Positions 41,342-51,068 of a stretch of 64,000 nt of DNA are shown here, one piece after another. The DNA is taken from NCBI GenBank assembly GCA_965223855.1, contig CBDCXM010000009.1, positions 288,001 through 352,000 of the forward strand, read 5' to 3'. How positions within the stretch are numbered: position 1 is the stretch's first letter; each line of letters begins with the position of its first letter. The notes beneath the pieces were generated by a model that was given only the letters and a program-made list of their open reading frames with translations, had not been told where the DNA came from and searched no databases. Origin of the DNA: Candidatus Multivoradales bacterium. Lineage in GTDB: Bacteria; Acidobacteriota; Thermoanaerobaculia; Multivoradales; JAHEKO01. The position numbers and the translations under genes are program-made.

Positions 41342-44300
41342 ATGCCGCTATCCGCGCGGAAAGCCGAGTCCCTTCAGGCGCGCCTCGAGGCGTTGCCTGA
41401 AGACACGCGGAGGATCGTCCTGCTGCGTGCCGCGGACGGAGACGAGACGTCGCTCCAGGCACTCGAGGCCGTGACCGGCGCCGGTTGGGACGCCGCTACC
41501 GGAGGGGCACTCCACGGAGCTCTGATCGAAGACCTCGAGCGTGAGCTCGACCGCGTAGCGCCCCCGACCGGCGGCCTCGAGGGCACCACGGTCGGGCCGA
41601 TCAGGATCGACGAGCTTCTCGGCGTCGGCGGCATGGGTGAGGTCTACCGCGGATTCGACACCCGGCTCGAGCGGAAGGTGGCCGTCAAGTGCCTGCGTAG
41701 GGATCGATCCTGGACGAAGCAGGCCCGGGAGCGAGCGGCCCGCGAGGCGCGCATCCTGTCGCAGCTCAATCATCCGGCGCTGTGCCAGATCTACGACCTG
41801 GTCGAGCACGAGGAGGCGGAACTCCTGCTCATCGAGTACGTCGAGGGGCGCACTCTCGCCGACTTCCTCGATGAGCACCCCTCGGAAGAGAGCCTTCTCG
41901 ACGTCGCCGAGCAGATCCTCGAGGGTCTGGGCGCCGCACACTCGAGGGGGGTCGTTCATCGGGACCTCAAGCCGGGCAATGTGATGGTCGATCGGGGCGG
42001 CGCCGCCAAGATCCTCGACTTCGGCATCGCCAGCCGTACCGGCTCGGAGGACGTGAGTCGGCCCGGGCGGCAGCCTGGACAGCAGTCCGGGCAGGGGCGC
42101 GAGATCGACGTCGCCGACAGTCGACTGACCGCCGAGGGTCAGATTCTCGGCACCGTAGGTGCGATGAGCCCAGAACAGGCTCGCGGCGAACGGGCGACGC
42201 CGGCGAGCGACCTCTACTCCTTCGGCATACTCCTGCTCGAGGCTCTGTGCGGACGCTCCGCCTACGCCGGCAGTCGTGGCATCGAGCTTCTGCGCCGCGT
42301 GCGCGACGCCGCCGTGGACTTTCCTCCCTCGCTTCCGTCGGCAATGGCGAGCTTCCTCCAGCGTCTGCTCGCCGCCGATCCAGAAGCGCGGCCCACGGCG
42401 CCGCAGGCCCTGGCGCAACTGCGGAAACTACGGCGCAGTCGGGGTCGGCGACAGCGACTGGGTGCGCTCGTCTTCACGGCGATGGCCATCGCGGTTGGCA
42501 TCGGTTGGTTCTTCGCCAACCGGGAAGCGCCCGTCGATTCGACGGTTCCGACGGTCACGCAACAGACGGTCGCCGCCGCCTCGACGGTGGCCCTGCTCGA
42601 CTTCGACGGCGAAGAAGCCGGCGTGCCGGCGTGGCTCGGAGAGGCCGTGCCCGAGATCCTCAGCGCCCGCCTCGCCGAGCGGCCGACCCTCCATGTCGTC
42701 CCTCGCCGCAACGTCGCACTCGCCGAGAGCGAGCCGCGCGCAGACACGGACGCCGCCGGTCGGCGACGATGGCTCGCGGAACTCGTTGGTGCACGCCATC
42801 TGGTGTCGGGAACCCTGTCGATGGGCACCGGCGAGTCGATCTCGCTGCAGGTCCGACTCTGGGAACCTGCGGTCACGACCGAGCCGGTGGGCCTGGTCGA
42901 GATCGACGGCACGATCGATGGTCTCGGAGACACGATCGGCGAACTCGAAAGCCGGTTGCTGGCGACGATGGGACTCGACCGAACCGAGGAGCCCCATGCT
43001 GCCGCCTCGACGGCGACGCTGCCGGCCTCGCGAGAAGCCGCCGAGGCCTATCTCGCGGGCCTGGCGGAGCTGCGTCGCTTCGACCTCGAGGCGGCGCTGA
43101 AGGACCTCCAGACGTCGGCTCGTCTCGAGCCTTCGTTCGCCCTCGCACACTCCGCCCTCGCGGACGCCTGGAGAGCGGTCGGCAACGACCCGGCCGAGCG
43201 CCGCGCGGCGCAGAGGGCGTGGGAGTTGCGCGACAACCTCGGACGCCGCGAGCAGATTCTGATCGAGGCCCGGTTCCACCGCGCGCATGGTCGGTGGGAC
43301 GAGGCGACCGGGGCTCTTCGCAGCCTTCGGCGCTTTTATCCCGCGGACCTCGAGGTGGCCCTTCAACTGGCCGAGGTCGAGGTCGCGGCAGGACGGCCCG
43401 AGCCGGCGATGGATCTGCTCGAAGAGCTTCAGGAACTCTCCGCCGACCCGCGGATCGACCTCCAGTGGGCCGCCGCGGGCGGCGCCATGTCCGACTTCAC
43501 CACCCAGCTCGAGCACTCGCGTCGCGCACGCGTCAAAGGTCGGACCCTGGGATCGAATCGCTTCGTCGCCGACGCCACGGCGCAGATCGGCTGGGCCCTT
43601 CACCAGCTCGGCCGCAACGACGAAGCCGTCGTCGAGCTCGACCAGGCACGGGTGCTCTACCGGTCGGTAGGCGATGTCCGAGGCGACGCGGCGGCGGCGC
43701 TGTCTCTCGGATCGATCGCCTGGCACCAGGCCCGGTTCGAGCAGGCGGAGACGTTCCTCGGCGAGGCGGCGCGAGGGTTCGCGGCCGTCGGGCATCGAGC
43801 GGGCGAGGTGCGCGCCATCAACGGCCTCGGAGCCATCGCCACCAGCCGCGCACGCCTGGCAGAGGCCACCGAGCTCCTCCAGACGGCCGTGGCGGGAGCA
43901 AGGGAACTCGAAGACTCCGAGAACCTGGCGCGAGCGCTCAACAACCTCGCCAGCGCGCTGAGCGTTCGCGGCCTGCTCGAGGCCTCCGTGGCCGCCTCCA
44001 CCGAGAGCGCCACACTGCGTCGTCGTCAGGGGGACCTGGTCCGGGCCGTCTGGACCGAGATCAACGCTGCGAGCTGCCTCATCCGTCTCGGTCGCCTCGA
44101 CGACGCCGCCGACTTCGTCGAGCGGGCCGGAGCAACCGCCGAAACGCTCGATGACGCCTACCTTCGGACCCTTGCGGTAGAAGCCCGCGCTTCCCTCGCA
44201 CTCGCGGCCGGGGACTTCGAGTCCGCGCGACGACTGGCGGAGGAGGCCGAGGGACCGGCTGCCGGCGAAACCAATCGGGGATGGCTCCTGAGCGACGTCC

Positions 44301-44923
44301 TCGCTACCCAGGCTCGAATCGCCTTCGAGCAAGGCGAGCTCGAGGAGGCCTCGACCCTCTTCGAGCGGGCCCTCGGCAACGCTCAGACCTCCAGCGGGCC
44401 CTCGTCGATCTGGTCGCTGCGCCTGCACGCCGCACGGGCCGCACTGGCGGCGGGCGACCGTGCGGGCGCCGAGGCGGCGGCGAACGAGGTAGCCGAGCAG
44501 ATGGACGAACAGGAATCTCCCAGAGCGGGTGAGGCGTGGGCCCTCGTCGCGCGAGCCCGCTATGCGGACGGACGCTCCGCCGAGGCCCGCGAGGCACTTT
44601 CCCTCGCCCTCGAGCATCGCGATCTGCTGGAGGAGCGCAGCGGGCAGATCGAGACCGACGTCGCCGTGCTGGAGGTTTCCCGCTCCGCTCCCGAGCGCTC
44701 CGCGGCTCGCCGGAGACTCGAGGCGGCGACCGCCGAGTTCGACTTCCTGGGCGCCGATCTCGCCCTCGAGCGCAGTCGTCTGGGACTACTCATCGCCGAT
44801 GCAGCGGCCGATTCGGCGGCGGCGGGTCCGGAGATCGAAGCCTTCGCGCGCGCCGCTCGCGAGCGTGGCTTCGGGCTCGTCGCCAGAGAGGCCGAAGCCC
44901 TCCTCTCTCCTTCTCCTCTCTGA
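41342..44923 (+). CDS. Ser/Thr protein kinase with TM and extracytoplasmic TPR region
   Basis: LGVGGMGEVY, VAVK, HRDLKPGN, DFG and MSPEQARG motifs; TM at ~42460; long TPR-like helical repeats. Confidence 0.92.
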   Translation: MPLSARKAESLQARLEALPEDTRRIVLLRAADGDETSLQALEAVTGAGWDAATGGALHGALIEDLERELDRVAPPTGGLEGTTVGPIRIDELLGVGGMGEVYRGFDTRLERKVAVKCLRRDRSWTKQARERAAREARILSQLNHPALCQIYDLVEHEEAELLLIEYVEGRTLADFLDEHPSEESLLDVAEQILEGLGAAHSRGVVHRDLKPGNVMVDRGGAAKILDFGIASRTGSEDVSRPGRQPGQQSGQGREIDVADSRLTAEGQILGTVGAMSPEQARGERATPASDLYSFGILLLEALCGRSAYAGSRGIELLRRVRDAAVDFPPSLPSAMASFLQRLLAADPEARPTAPQALAQLRKLRRSRGRRQRLGALVFTAMAIAVGIGWFFANREAPVDSTVPTVTQQTVAAASTVALLDFDGEEAGVPAWLGEAVPEILSARLAERPTLHVVPRRNVALAESEPRADTDAAGRRRWLAELVGARHLVSGTLSMGTGESISLQVRLWEPAVTTEPVGLVEIDGTIDGLGDTIGELESRLLATMGLDRTEEPHAAASTATLPASREAAEAYLAGLAELRRFDLEAALKDLQTSARLEPSFALAHSALADAWRAVGNDPAERRAAQRAWELRDNLGRREQILIEARFHRAHGRWDEATGALRSLRRFYPADLEVALQLAEVEVAAGRPEPAMDLLEELQELSADPRIDLQWAAAGGAMSDFTTQLEHSRRARVKGRTLGSNRFVADATAQIGWALHQLGRNDEAVVELDQARVLYRSVGDVRGDAAAALSLGSIAWHQARFEQAETFLGEAARGFAAVGHRAGEVRAINGLGAIATSRARLAEATELLQTAVAGARELEDSENLARALNNLASALSVRGLLEASVAASTESATLRRRQGDLVRAVWTEINAASCLIRLGRLDDAADFVERAGATAETLDDAYLRTLAVEARASLALAAGDFESARRLAEEAEGPAAGETNRGWLLSDVLATQARIAFEQGELEEASTLFERALGNAQTSSGPSSIWSLRLHAARAALAAGDRAGAEAAANEVAEQMDEQESPRAGEAWALVARARYADGRSAEAREALSLALEHRDLLEERSGQIETDVAVLEVSRSAPERSAARRRLEAATAEFDFLGADLALERSRLGLLIADAAADSAAAGPEIEAFARAARERGFGLVAREAEALLSPSPL

Positions 44924-44954
44924 CCGCCGCCAACCGCACAGTCGCCAGATCCCT

Positions 44955-44980
44955 TCTCTGGCGGAATCTCTGGCGGAATC
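44955..44980 (+). repeat. 12-bp tandem repeat TCTCTGGCGGAA x2 upstream of the beta-propeller gene (possible promoter element)
   Basis: Exact duplicate at 44955-44966 and 44967-44978. Confidence 0.5.
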
Positions 44981-45052
44981 GCGCACGGATGGCGTAAGGG
45001 AGGTCAGAGGGGCGCTACGAACCGCGCCTCGCCGACCAGGAGGAGATTCCCG

Positions 45053-46435
45053 ATGCCCGCCAACGTCCGCCGTGTCTCGTACTCGACAGTACTTGTCGCC
45101 ACCTTCCTCGCCGTACCGGTAGCAACCGGCGCCACCGGCGACCTCGACCCGAGCTGGGGCAACGGCGGCAAGGTGGTGATCGCCTTCAACCTCGGCGGCA
45201 ACAACTCCGACCGGCTCTCCGACCTTGTCACCCTGCCGGACGGCAGCACGGTCGCCGCGGGCACGGTACAGACCGGCACGACCGACTCCGATTTCGGAGT
45301 CGTCAAGCTCGACCCGGACGGGCAGATCGACCCTTCTTTCGGTACCAACGGCAGCACGGTCGTTCCGTTCAACCTCGGAGGAGACCTGATCGACTACGTA
45401 TCAGCCGCCGCGCTTCAGTCGGACGGCAAGATCGTGATCGCCGGCGCCGCACAATGGACCGCCACGGACTGGGACATGGCGGTAGTGAGGCTGCATCCCA
45501 ACGGCGCGCTCGACTCGAGCTTCGCCGGCACCGGCAAGCTGACGGTGCCGTTCGACCTCGGTGGCGGCCTCTTCGACGAGGCGCTCGACGTGGTGATCCA
45601 GCCGGACGGCAGGATCCTCCTGATCGGTGGTGCGGAGCTCGCGACCGGCAACGACTGCACCGTGGTCCGACTGCTCTCGAACGGCAATCTGGACGGATCG
45701 TTCGGAACCGGCGGCAAAGCCGTGATCTCGCCCGATCTCGGCGGCGGCCTCTGGGACATCTGCTTCGCCGGCGATGTCCAGGACGACGGCCGCATCGTCC
45801 TGTCCGGCATGGCGGAGACAGCGGGCGACCGCAAGATGATCGCGATCCGCCTCACCTCCAGCGGTGGGCTCGACTCGACGTTCGACGGTGACGGTCTGAG
45901 CGTCGTCGACTTCCAGAGCGGTGGCGACGAGCGAGCCGGCGAACTGGTGCTGGTCGGCGGCAAGGTCGTCCTCGGCGGCAAGATCGACGACGGTTCCGGC
46001 ATCGCTCGTCTGAACCAGAACGGCTCGCTCGATACGAGCTTCTCGGGCGACGGCAAGTTGGAGTTCGCTCCCAGCGGCAACGACGACTTCCTCACGCACC
46101 TCGACGCCCTCCCGAGCGGAGAGATCGTCGCCTTCGGCTACGGCCAGCCCACCGGCGTCAACTACGACTTCTTTGTCGCGCAATTGCGCGACGACGGCTC
46201 TTTCGACCCCGGCTTCGGTAGCGGCGGCACCTCCTGGGTTCCCTTCGACCTCGGCGGCTCGAACCACGATCGCGTCTCCAGCGGACGGGTGCGCGGCGAC
46301 GGCTCCATGATGGTGGGAGGCCGAGTCTCAGTCTCCGACAGCGACTTCGCGCTGGCTCTCCTCCAGGGGCCGTTCATCTTCTCCGACGACTTCGAGTCCG
46401 GCGACCTGAGCGCCTGGTCGACGGTCGTGCCCTGA
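45053..46435 (+). CDS. delta-60/DUF5122 repeat beta-propeller protein with C-terminal IFSDDFESG tail
   Basis: Signal peptide; ~7 repeats of Q.DG.I...G...(V/A)RL...G.LD.SF...G; ends FIFSDDFESGDLSAWSTVVP. Confidence 0.88.
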   Translation: MPANVRRVSYSTVLVATFLAVPVATGATGDLDPSWGNGGKVVIAFNLGGNNSDRLSDLVTLPDGSTVAAGTVQTGTTDSDFGVVKLDPDGQIDPSFGTNGSTVVPFNLGGDLIDYVSAAALQSDGKIVIAGAAQWTATDWDMAVVRLHPNGALDSSFAGTGKLTVPFDLGGGLFDEALDVVIQPDGRILLIGGAELATGNDCTVVRLLSNGNLDGSFGTGGKAVISPDLGGGLWDICFAGDVQDDGRIVLSGMAETAGDRKMIAIRLTSSGGLDSTFDGDGLSVVDFQSGGDERAGELVLVGGKVVLGGKIDDGSGIARLNQNGSLDTSFSGDGKLEFAPSGNDDFLTHLDALPSGEIVAFGYGQPTGVNYDFFVAQLRDDGSFDPGFGSGGTSWVPFDLGGSNHDRVSSGRVRGDGSMMVGGRVSVSDSDFALALLQGPFIFSDDFESGDLSAWSTVVP

Positions 46436-46442
46436 CGGCTCT

Positions 46443-47015
46443 TCACTCGCCCGGATCGACGGCGATTGCCTCCACGAGACGCAGGACCAGGGTAGTCGTT
46501 CCTGCATCGATGGAGTCGCCGGCGGCGAGGAGGGCCGATTGGACCCGCTCGCCGTTGACAAAGGTGCCGTTGCTGCTGCCGAGATCCCGGAGCACGAACT
46601 CCCCACCGCGACGCTCGATCTGGAAGTGCAGGCTCGAAATCGCCTCGTCGGGAAGGACGATGTCGGCCGCCGTGCGACCCACGGTCGTGACGCCGCTCCC
46701 GAGGGGATAGCGGCCGGCCGGCGGACCCTTGCCGGCAACGACGAGCGACGCCTGAAAGACCGTCTCAGGGACCTCTCCGTCTCCAGCCGCCTCTCCCCCG
46801 TCGAGAATGCTGGTCGACGAGCCGAACGGAACGGTGGCGGACGGATCGGCGTCACGACCCGTCTCGGAGTGGAGCACGGTCTCCGCCCCGTCGAAGGCGA
46901 TCGAGAACTCGATCGCAGCCCTGCACGACGGGCAGTTGAGCCGCACGAATGCGTTGCCCTTCGTGTCGGGGATCTCGATCTCGTGACCGCAGCTCGGGCA
47001 GTTGGCGACGCTCAT
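46443..47015 (-). CDS. zinc-ribbon + FHA domain protein
   Basis: CPSC...CPSC; FHA motifs VGR, ISSLHF, DLGSSNGTFVNG. Confidence 0.9.
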   Translation of the reverse strand: MSVANCPSCGHEIEIPDTKGNAFVRLNCPSCRAAIEFSIAFDGAETVLHSETGRDADPSATVPFGSSTSILDGGEAAGDGEVPETVFQASLVVAGKGPPAGRYPLGSGVTTVGRTAADIVLPDEAISSLHFQIERRGGEFVLRDLGSSNGTFVNGERVQSALLAAGDSIDAGTTTLVLRLVEAIAVDPGE

Positions 47016-47017
47016 TT

Positions 47018-48499
47018 CTATTTCCAGGAGAGCCGGATCACACGAGGCGGAACGAGCACCACCCGCAGGCCGGGGGAGGCGTCGCTCTCGAAGGTTCCCC
47101 AGATTCGTTTTCTCGCGCGCACCGTGCCCTCGCTACCCGAGATTCTGACTTCGACGACGTGCCGGCCTACCGGCACGGGGATTGTGGCACGGACGCTGCT
47201 GCCGCGGATCCGGTTGCGGAGCCCCTCGTTGCGAAGAGCGCGCGACCAGACCTCCCGGTCGTCGATGAGCACGGTCATCGTGCCCGACTTCAGGCGATTC
47301 CGATACTCGATGCGAAACACCGTCGCTTCGGGCTCCGTCGCCTCCGGAGCAGGCTCGTCCCCGGAATCCGGTTCGGTCGGAGCAGCAGGCGGGTCGGTCC
47401 CGGGAGCCGCCGGCTCCTCCGTCCCGCCCTCGCCCGGTCCGTCGGCATGCCCTGGTCGCCCGATCGAGACGGTTAGGCCGGGGACCGTGCCATCGGGAGC
47501 GCTCAGAGCCACGAACGTGGCCAGAAGCACCGGTACCAGGAGGAGGAGCCATCCCACTCCGAGCGTGAGCCGGGCGCCGATGCGGCCACTGCCTCCGGCC
47601 GAGGACAAGGATCGGTCTCCATCGAGGATGAGCGTGCCGGTGGGCCCGTGTGTCGAGTCCCCGGACGGCTCGATCGTCTCCTCGAGGGCACGAGCGAACG
47701 CCGCCGCCGATTGGAACCGCGCCGCGGGATCCTTGGCCAGTGCCCTCTCGATGACCGCAGCGAGCCGGGGTGACACTGCCGCGTTGAGTCTTCGAATCGG
47801 TTCCGGATCGCTCTCGATGATCCGGTAGGTGACGCTGGCGAGCGAATCCCCTCCGAACGGCGAGACTCCGGAGAGCAACTGGTAGAGGACGATCCCGAGG
47901 GAGAAGATGTCGGCGCGGTGATCGACCGGGTCGTTACGGACCTGCTCGGGAGCCATGTAGAACGGCGAGCCGAGAATCCGCCCGGTGGCGGTGTTGGACA
48001 TGGTCGTGAACTTCGCGATCCCGAAGTCCGAGATTCTCGCCCGGCCCGAACGATCGAGGAGGACATTCGCCGGCTTGACGTCGCGATGAACGAGACCGGC
48101 GGCATGGGCAGCGTCGAGCGCCTCCGCCACCTGTACCGCGATGTCGACGGCGCGCTCGACTGGAAGCGGCCCCGACTCGGCCACCAACCTGTCGAGCGAC
48201 GGCCCGTCGACCCACTCCATGGCAATGAAGGAGGTGCCGTCAGGCCCCGCGCTGGCATCGTAGACGGTCACGATCCCGGGGTGGTTGACCCTGCCGGCCG
48301 CCCGAGCCTCGAGCACGAATCGGCGCCGAAGCTCTTCCTCCTCCTCCGGGCGGCTGCTCCCGACCGGATCGAGAACCTTGATGGCGACCTTGCGATCGAT
48401 GTTCGGATCGAGCGCCAGGTAGACCCGACCCATCGACCCGCGGCCGAGTTCGCCGAGGATCTCGAAGCGGCCGATTCTCTCTGGGCCCTGATGTCTCAT
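47018..48499 (-). CDS. membrane Ser/Thr protein kinase
   Basis: LGRGSMGRVY, VAIK, HRDVKPAN, DFG and YMAPEQ motifs; one TM; small PEGA-like C-terminal domain. Confidence 0.92.
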   Translation of the reverse strand: MRHQGPERIGRFEILGELGRGSMGRVYLALDPNIDRKVAIKVLDPVGSSRPEEEEELRRRFVLEARAAGRVNHPGIVTVYDASAGPDGTSFIAMEWVDGPSLDRLVAESGPLPVERAVDIAVQVAEALDAAHAAGLVHRDVKPANVLLDRSGRARISDFGIAKFTTMSNTATGRILGSPFYMAPEQVRNDPVDHRADIFSLGIVLYQLLSGVSPFGGDSLASVTYRIIESDPEPIRRLNAAVSPRLAAVIERALAKDPAARFQSAAAFARALEETIEPSGDSTHGPTGTLILDGDRSLSSAGGSGRIGARLTLGVGWLLLLVPVLLATFVALSAPDGTVPGLTVSIGRPGHADGPGEGGTEEPAAPGTDPPAAPTEPDSGDEPAPEATEPEATVFRIEYRNRLKSGTMTVLIDDREVWSRALRNEGLRNRIRGSSVRATIPVPVGRHVVEVRISGSEGTVRARKRIWGTFESDASPGLRVVLVPPRVIRLSWK

Positions 48500-48558
48500 C
48501 ACGAGCTGGAACCGCCGGCATTGTACTGACCACCGGCTGCTCGCCCCTGAGGAACAGG

Positions 48559-48741
48559 CTAGCCTGCATAGTTCACGAGATCCCGTCACGAAAGGTCGAG
48601 GTGCCCGTCAGATCAGGCCACTCGCAGCGACGAGCCCCGGAGGCGTACTTGCAGTACGTCGAGGAGGCGAGGAGTGAGGACGGCCCGAGATGGCGGGCAA
48701 GTCGACCTTGCAGTAGGGATCTCGTGAAGAATGCAGGCTAG
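48559..48741. mobile_element. MITE-like palindromic element flanked by CTAG
   Basis: CTAGCCTGCAT-AG-TTCACGAGATCCC ... GGGATCTCGTGAA-GA-ATGCAGGCTAG terminal inverted repeats; interior largely self-complementary; no ORF. Confidence 0.75.
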
Positions 48742-50030
48742 CGCGGCAGGGGTCGAACCACGACCTGAAGGAGCTCGCTGCCTCTTTGCACCTCGAAGGG
48801 GATCGGTCGCCCCGATTCGAGATAGGGGGTCAGCAGCCCCATCGGGTCGTCGCCGAACGCTTCGCCGGCGACTCTCAACAACAGGTCGCCGGTTCGAAGC
48901 CCGTCTTTCTCGGCCGCGCTGCCAGGCGCGACGGCCGTCACCTCGACGGATCCGTCCGGGCCCGGATCCAGCTGGACGCCGAGTGAGAACTTCGGGCGGT
49001 ACTCGTCGAGGAGAAGGTCGCCGAGGGCGCGGGAGACCTCGACAAAGCGTGTGTCGCCGTCCGCCATCCTCGGCTTGTTGGCGTTGGTCAGCGTGACGAC
49101 GAACGACTCTGCCATCGGCCCGCGGTAGACGAACATCTCGTAGCCGTAGGCGTCGCCGTTGCGGTTGGCGCCCGGACCGGGGCCGAAGAAGCGCTCGGCC
49201 CACTCGGGTTCGAGGATCTTCCCGTCGCGCAGGGCGGTGAGGAAGCGCCCGGTGTCGCCGGTGGTCGAGGTCTGGCCGCCGCTCCCCATCACCAGCCAGG
49301 AGGTCGGTCCCCACCACGGGGGTGCGTTCACTTCGCCGTCGCTCCGGTTGCCGTAGCCGATCGCCAGCCGCTCCTCCGGTATCGGATCGCCGTTGAAATC
49401 GGTGTCGGCCATCTCGGCGGGCCCGTAGATGTGCTCGCGGGTGTATTCCTGGAAGCTCTCGCCGCTCACGATCTCGACGATCGCCGCCAGCACCCCCCAG
49501 GCGGAGTGGGAGTGCTCGTCGCCCTCACCGGGAGGGAAGAGCAGCTCCTGAGCGAAGATGCGCCGCATCGCCTCGTCGCGATCGATCCAACTGTGATCCG
49601 GATCCCGGTCCCCCGGCAGGTCGTGAAAGTCCGGCAGGCCCGAACCGCCGGTCATCAGGTGGCGGATCGTCGTCGCCCGCTTGTCGGGAGGGACGGCATC
49701 GAAGAAGCGGGTGATCGGGTCGTCGAGCGAGAGCCGCCCTTCCTGCGCGAGCTTGAGGATCGCGACGTGGGTGAAGTCGATCGGTTGCGAGCCGACCGCG
49801 AAGATCGTCTCGGGGGTCACGGCAATCCCCTGTTCGCGATTGGCGAGGCCGTATCCGGCATCGAGGATGGTCTCGCCGTTTCTCACGACGAGCACGGCGC
49901 CGGTGAAACCGTCCTCGGCCTGCTCGTCGAGCCAGTCGGGAAGGGTCGCCCACGAGAGGGGCGTCTCGGCCGTCGCCGCAGTCGCGGCGACGCACAGGGC
50001 GATCGACAGGATCGTTCGGGTCTTCGACAT
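48738..50030 (-). CDS. beta-lactamase-family protein with C-terminal PDZ domain and non-canonical catalytic motifs
   Basis: Signal peptide; FAVGSQPIDFT (SxxK changed to SxxI), HSHSAW (YxN changed to HxH), TIRHLMT; PDZ-like VAPGSAAEKDGLRTGDLLL. Confidence 0.82.
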   Translation of the reverse strand: MSKTRTILSIALCVAATAATAETPLSWATLPDWLDEQAEDGFTGAVLVVRNGETILDAGYGLANREQGIAVTPETIFAVGSQPIDFTHVAILKLAQEGRLSLDDPITRFFDAVPPDKRATTIRHLMTGGSGLPDFHDLPGDRDPDHSWIDRDEAMRRIFAQELLFPPGEGDEHSHSAWGVLAAIVEIVSGESFQEYTREHIYGPAEMADTDFNGDPIPEERLAIGYGNRSDGEVNAPPWWGPTSWLVMGSGGQTSTTGDTGRFLTALRDGKILEPEWAERFFGPGPGANRNGDAYGYEMFVYRGPMAESFVVTLTNANKPRMADGDTRFVEVSRALGDLLLDEYRPKFSLGVQLDPGPDGSVEVTAVAPGSAAEKDGLRTGDLLLRVAGEAFGDDPMGLLTPYLESGRPIPFEVQRGSELLQVVVRPLPR

Positions 50031-50117
50031 GGGGCTTCCTCCCGGGCGGACGGTCTGCTTGCGTCGTCTTATCGCTGAGATCAACTCACGACGGCTCGAT
50101 CGGTTCCGGCGGCCTCG

Positions 50118-51068
50118 TCACTCGGCAAGACTCAGGCCGAGACGACGGCATCGCGCCCGTGCGCCAGCGGCTTGAGCAGCCCGTAGACGGTCTCGGCCAC
50201 CGGCACTGGAGACAGCCGCCCGCCGCGCCCGGCGTACCAGCTCTCCCTGGAGCGACTCGAGTTCCGTCGGCTTGCCGAGCGAGATGTCGTGGTGGAGCGA
50301 CGACCGGAGGCCGGGCTCGGTGTCGAGGGCGAACTGCACGTGACCGGCGAGCCGTTCCTCCGACAGGGCGGCACCTTCGGCCCTCGCGACGGCCGCCGCT
50401 TCGTCGAGCAACGCGCGGTAGACACCGAACGCCTCCGGCTCGGCGCGAATCTCGCCCATCGTCAGGCGCGAGAGAGCGGTCACCCCGGAAGCGGCGCAGA
50501 TGAAGGCGAACTTGCTCCACAGGTCGCTGCGGATGTCCTCCGAGAGGGTCGCCTCGATGCCCGCGCTCCCGAAGGCCGTCAGAAGGGCCCGGCCGCGCTC
50601 GCTCGACCCGCCGCCCATCTCGCCGAAGATCAGCGTCGCCGGGCCGGCGATGTGCCGCACGAGGCCCGGCTCGTCGATCGTCGCCAGCAGGTAGACGAGC
50701 CCTCCGAGGACGCGCCCTTCGCCGACCGCGTCCGCCAGCAGTTCCTCGTTGCCGAGCCCGTTCTGGAGCGATACGACGACGGTCTCGGCACCGATCAGCG
50801 GCACGATCGCGGGCAGCACGTCGGCGGTGTGCTGCGACTTGACCGCTACCAGCACCGCTGCCACCGGCCCGACCTCGTCGGTCTCGGAGGTTGCCGACAC
50901 CGTGAGCTCGAGGTCGCCCAGGAGACTCTCGAGCCGGAGGCCCTTCGTCCGCAGCGCTTCGAGATGAGACCCGGGGCGGCCGACGAAGTGCACTTCGTGC
51001 CCCGCGCCCTGCAACCGCGCTCCGAAGTAGCCGCCGACACCGCCCGGTCCCACGACGGCGAACTTCAT
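50118..51068 (-). CDS. panE: 2-dehydropantoate 2-reductase (ketopantoate reductase); apparent frameshift near the 3' end
   Basis: [32 protein letters not shown] and TELE motifs; the expected terminal helix PVPVAETVYGLLKP lies in another frame (stop 50132). Confidence 0.85.
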   Translation of the reverse strand: MKFAVVGPGGVGGYFGARLQGAGHEVHFVGRPGSHLEALRTKGLRLESLLGDLELTVSATSETDEVGPVAAVLVAVKSQHTADVLPAIVPLIGAETVVVSLQNGLGNEELLADAVGEGRVLGGLVYLLATIDEPGLVRHIAGPATLIFGEMGGGSSERGRALLTAFGSAGIEATLSEDIRSDLWSKFAFICAASGVTALSRLTMGEIRAEPEAFGVYRALLDEAAAVARAEGAALSEERLAGHVQFALDTEPGLRSSLHHDISLGKPTELESLQGELVRRARRAAVSSAGGRDRLRAAQAAGARARCRRLGLSLAE

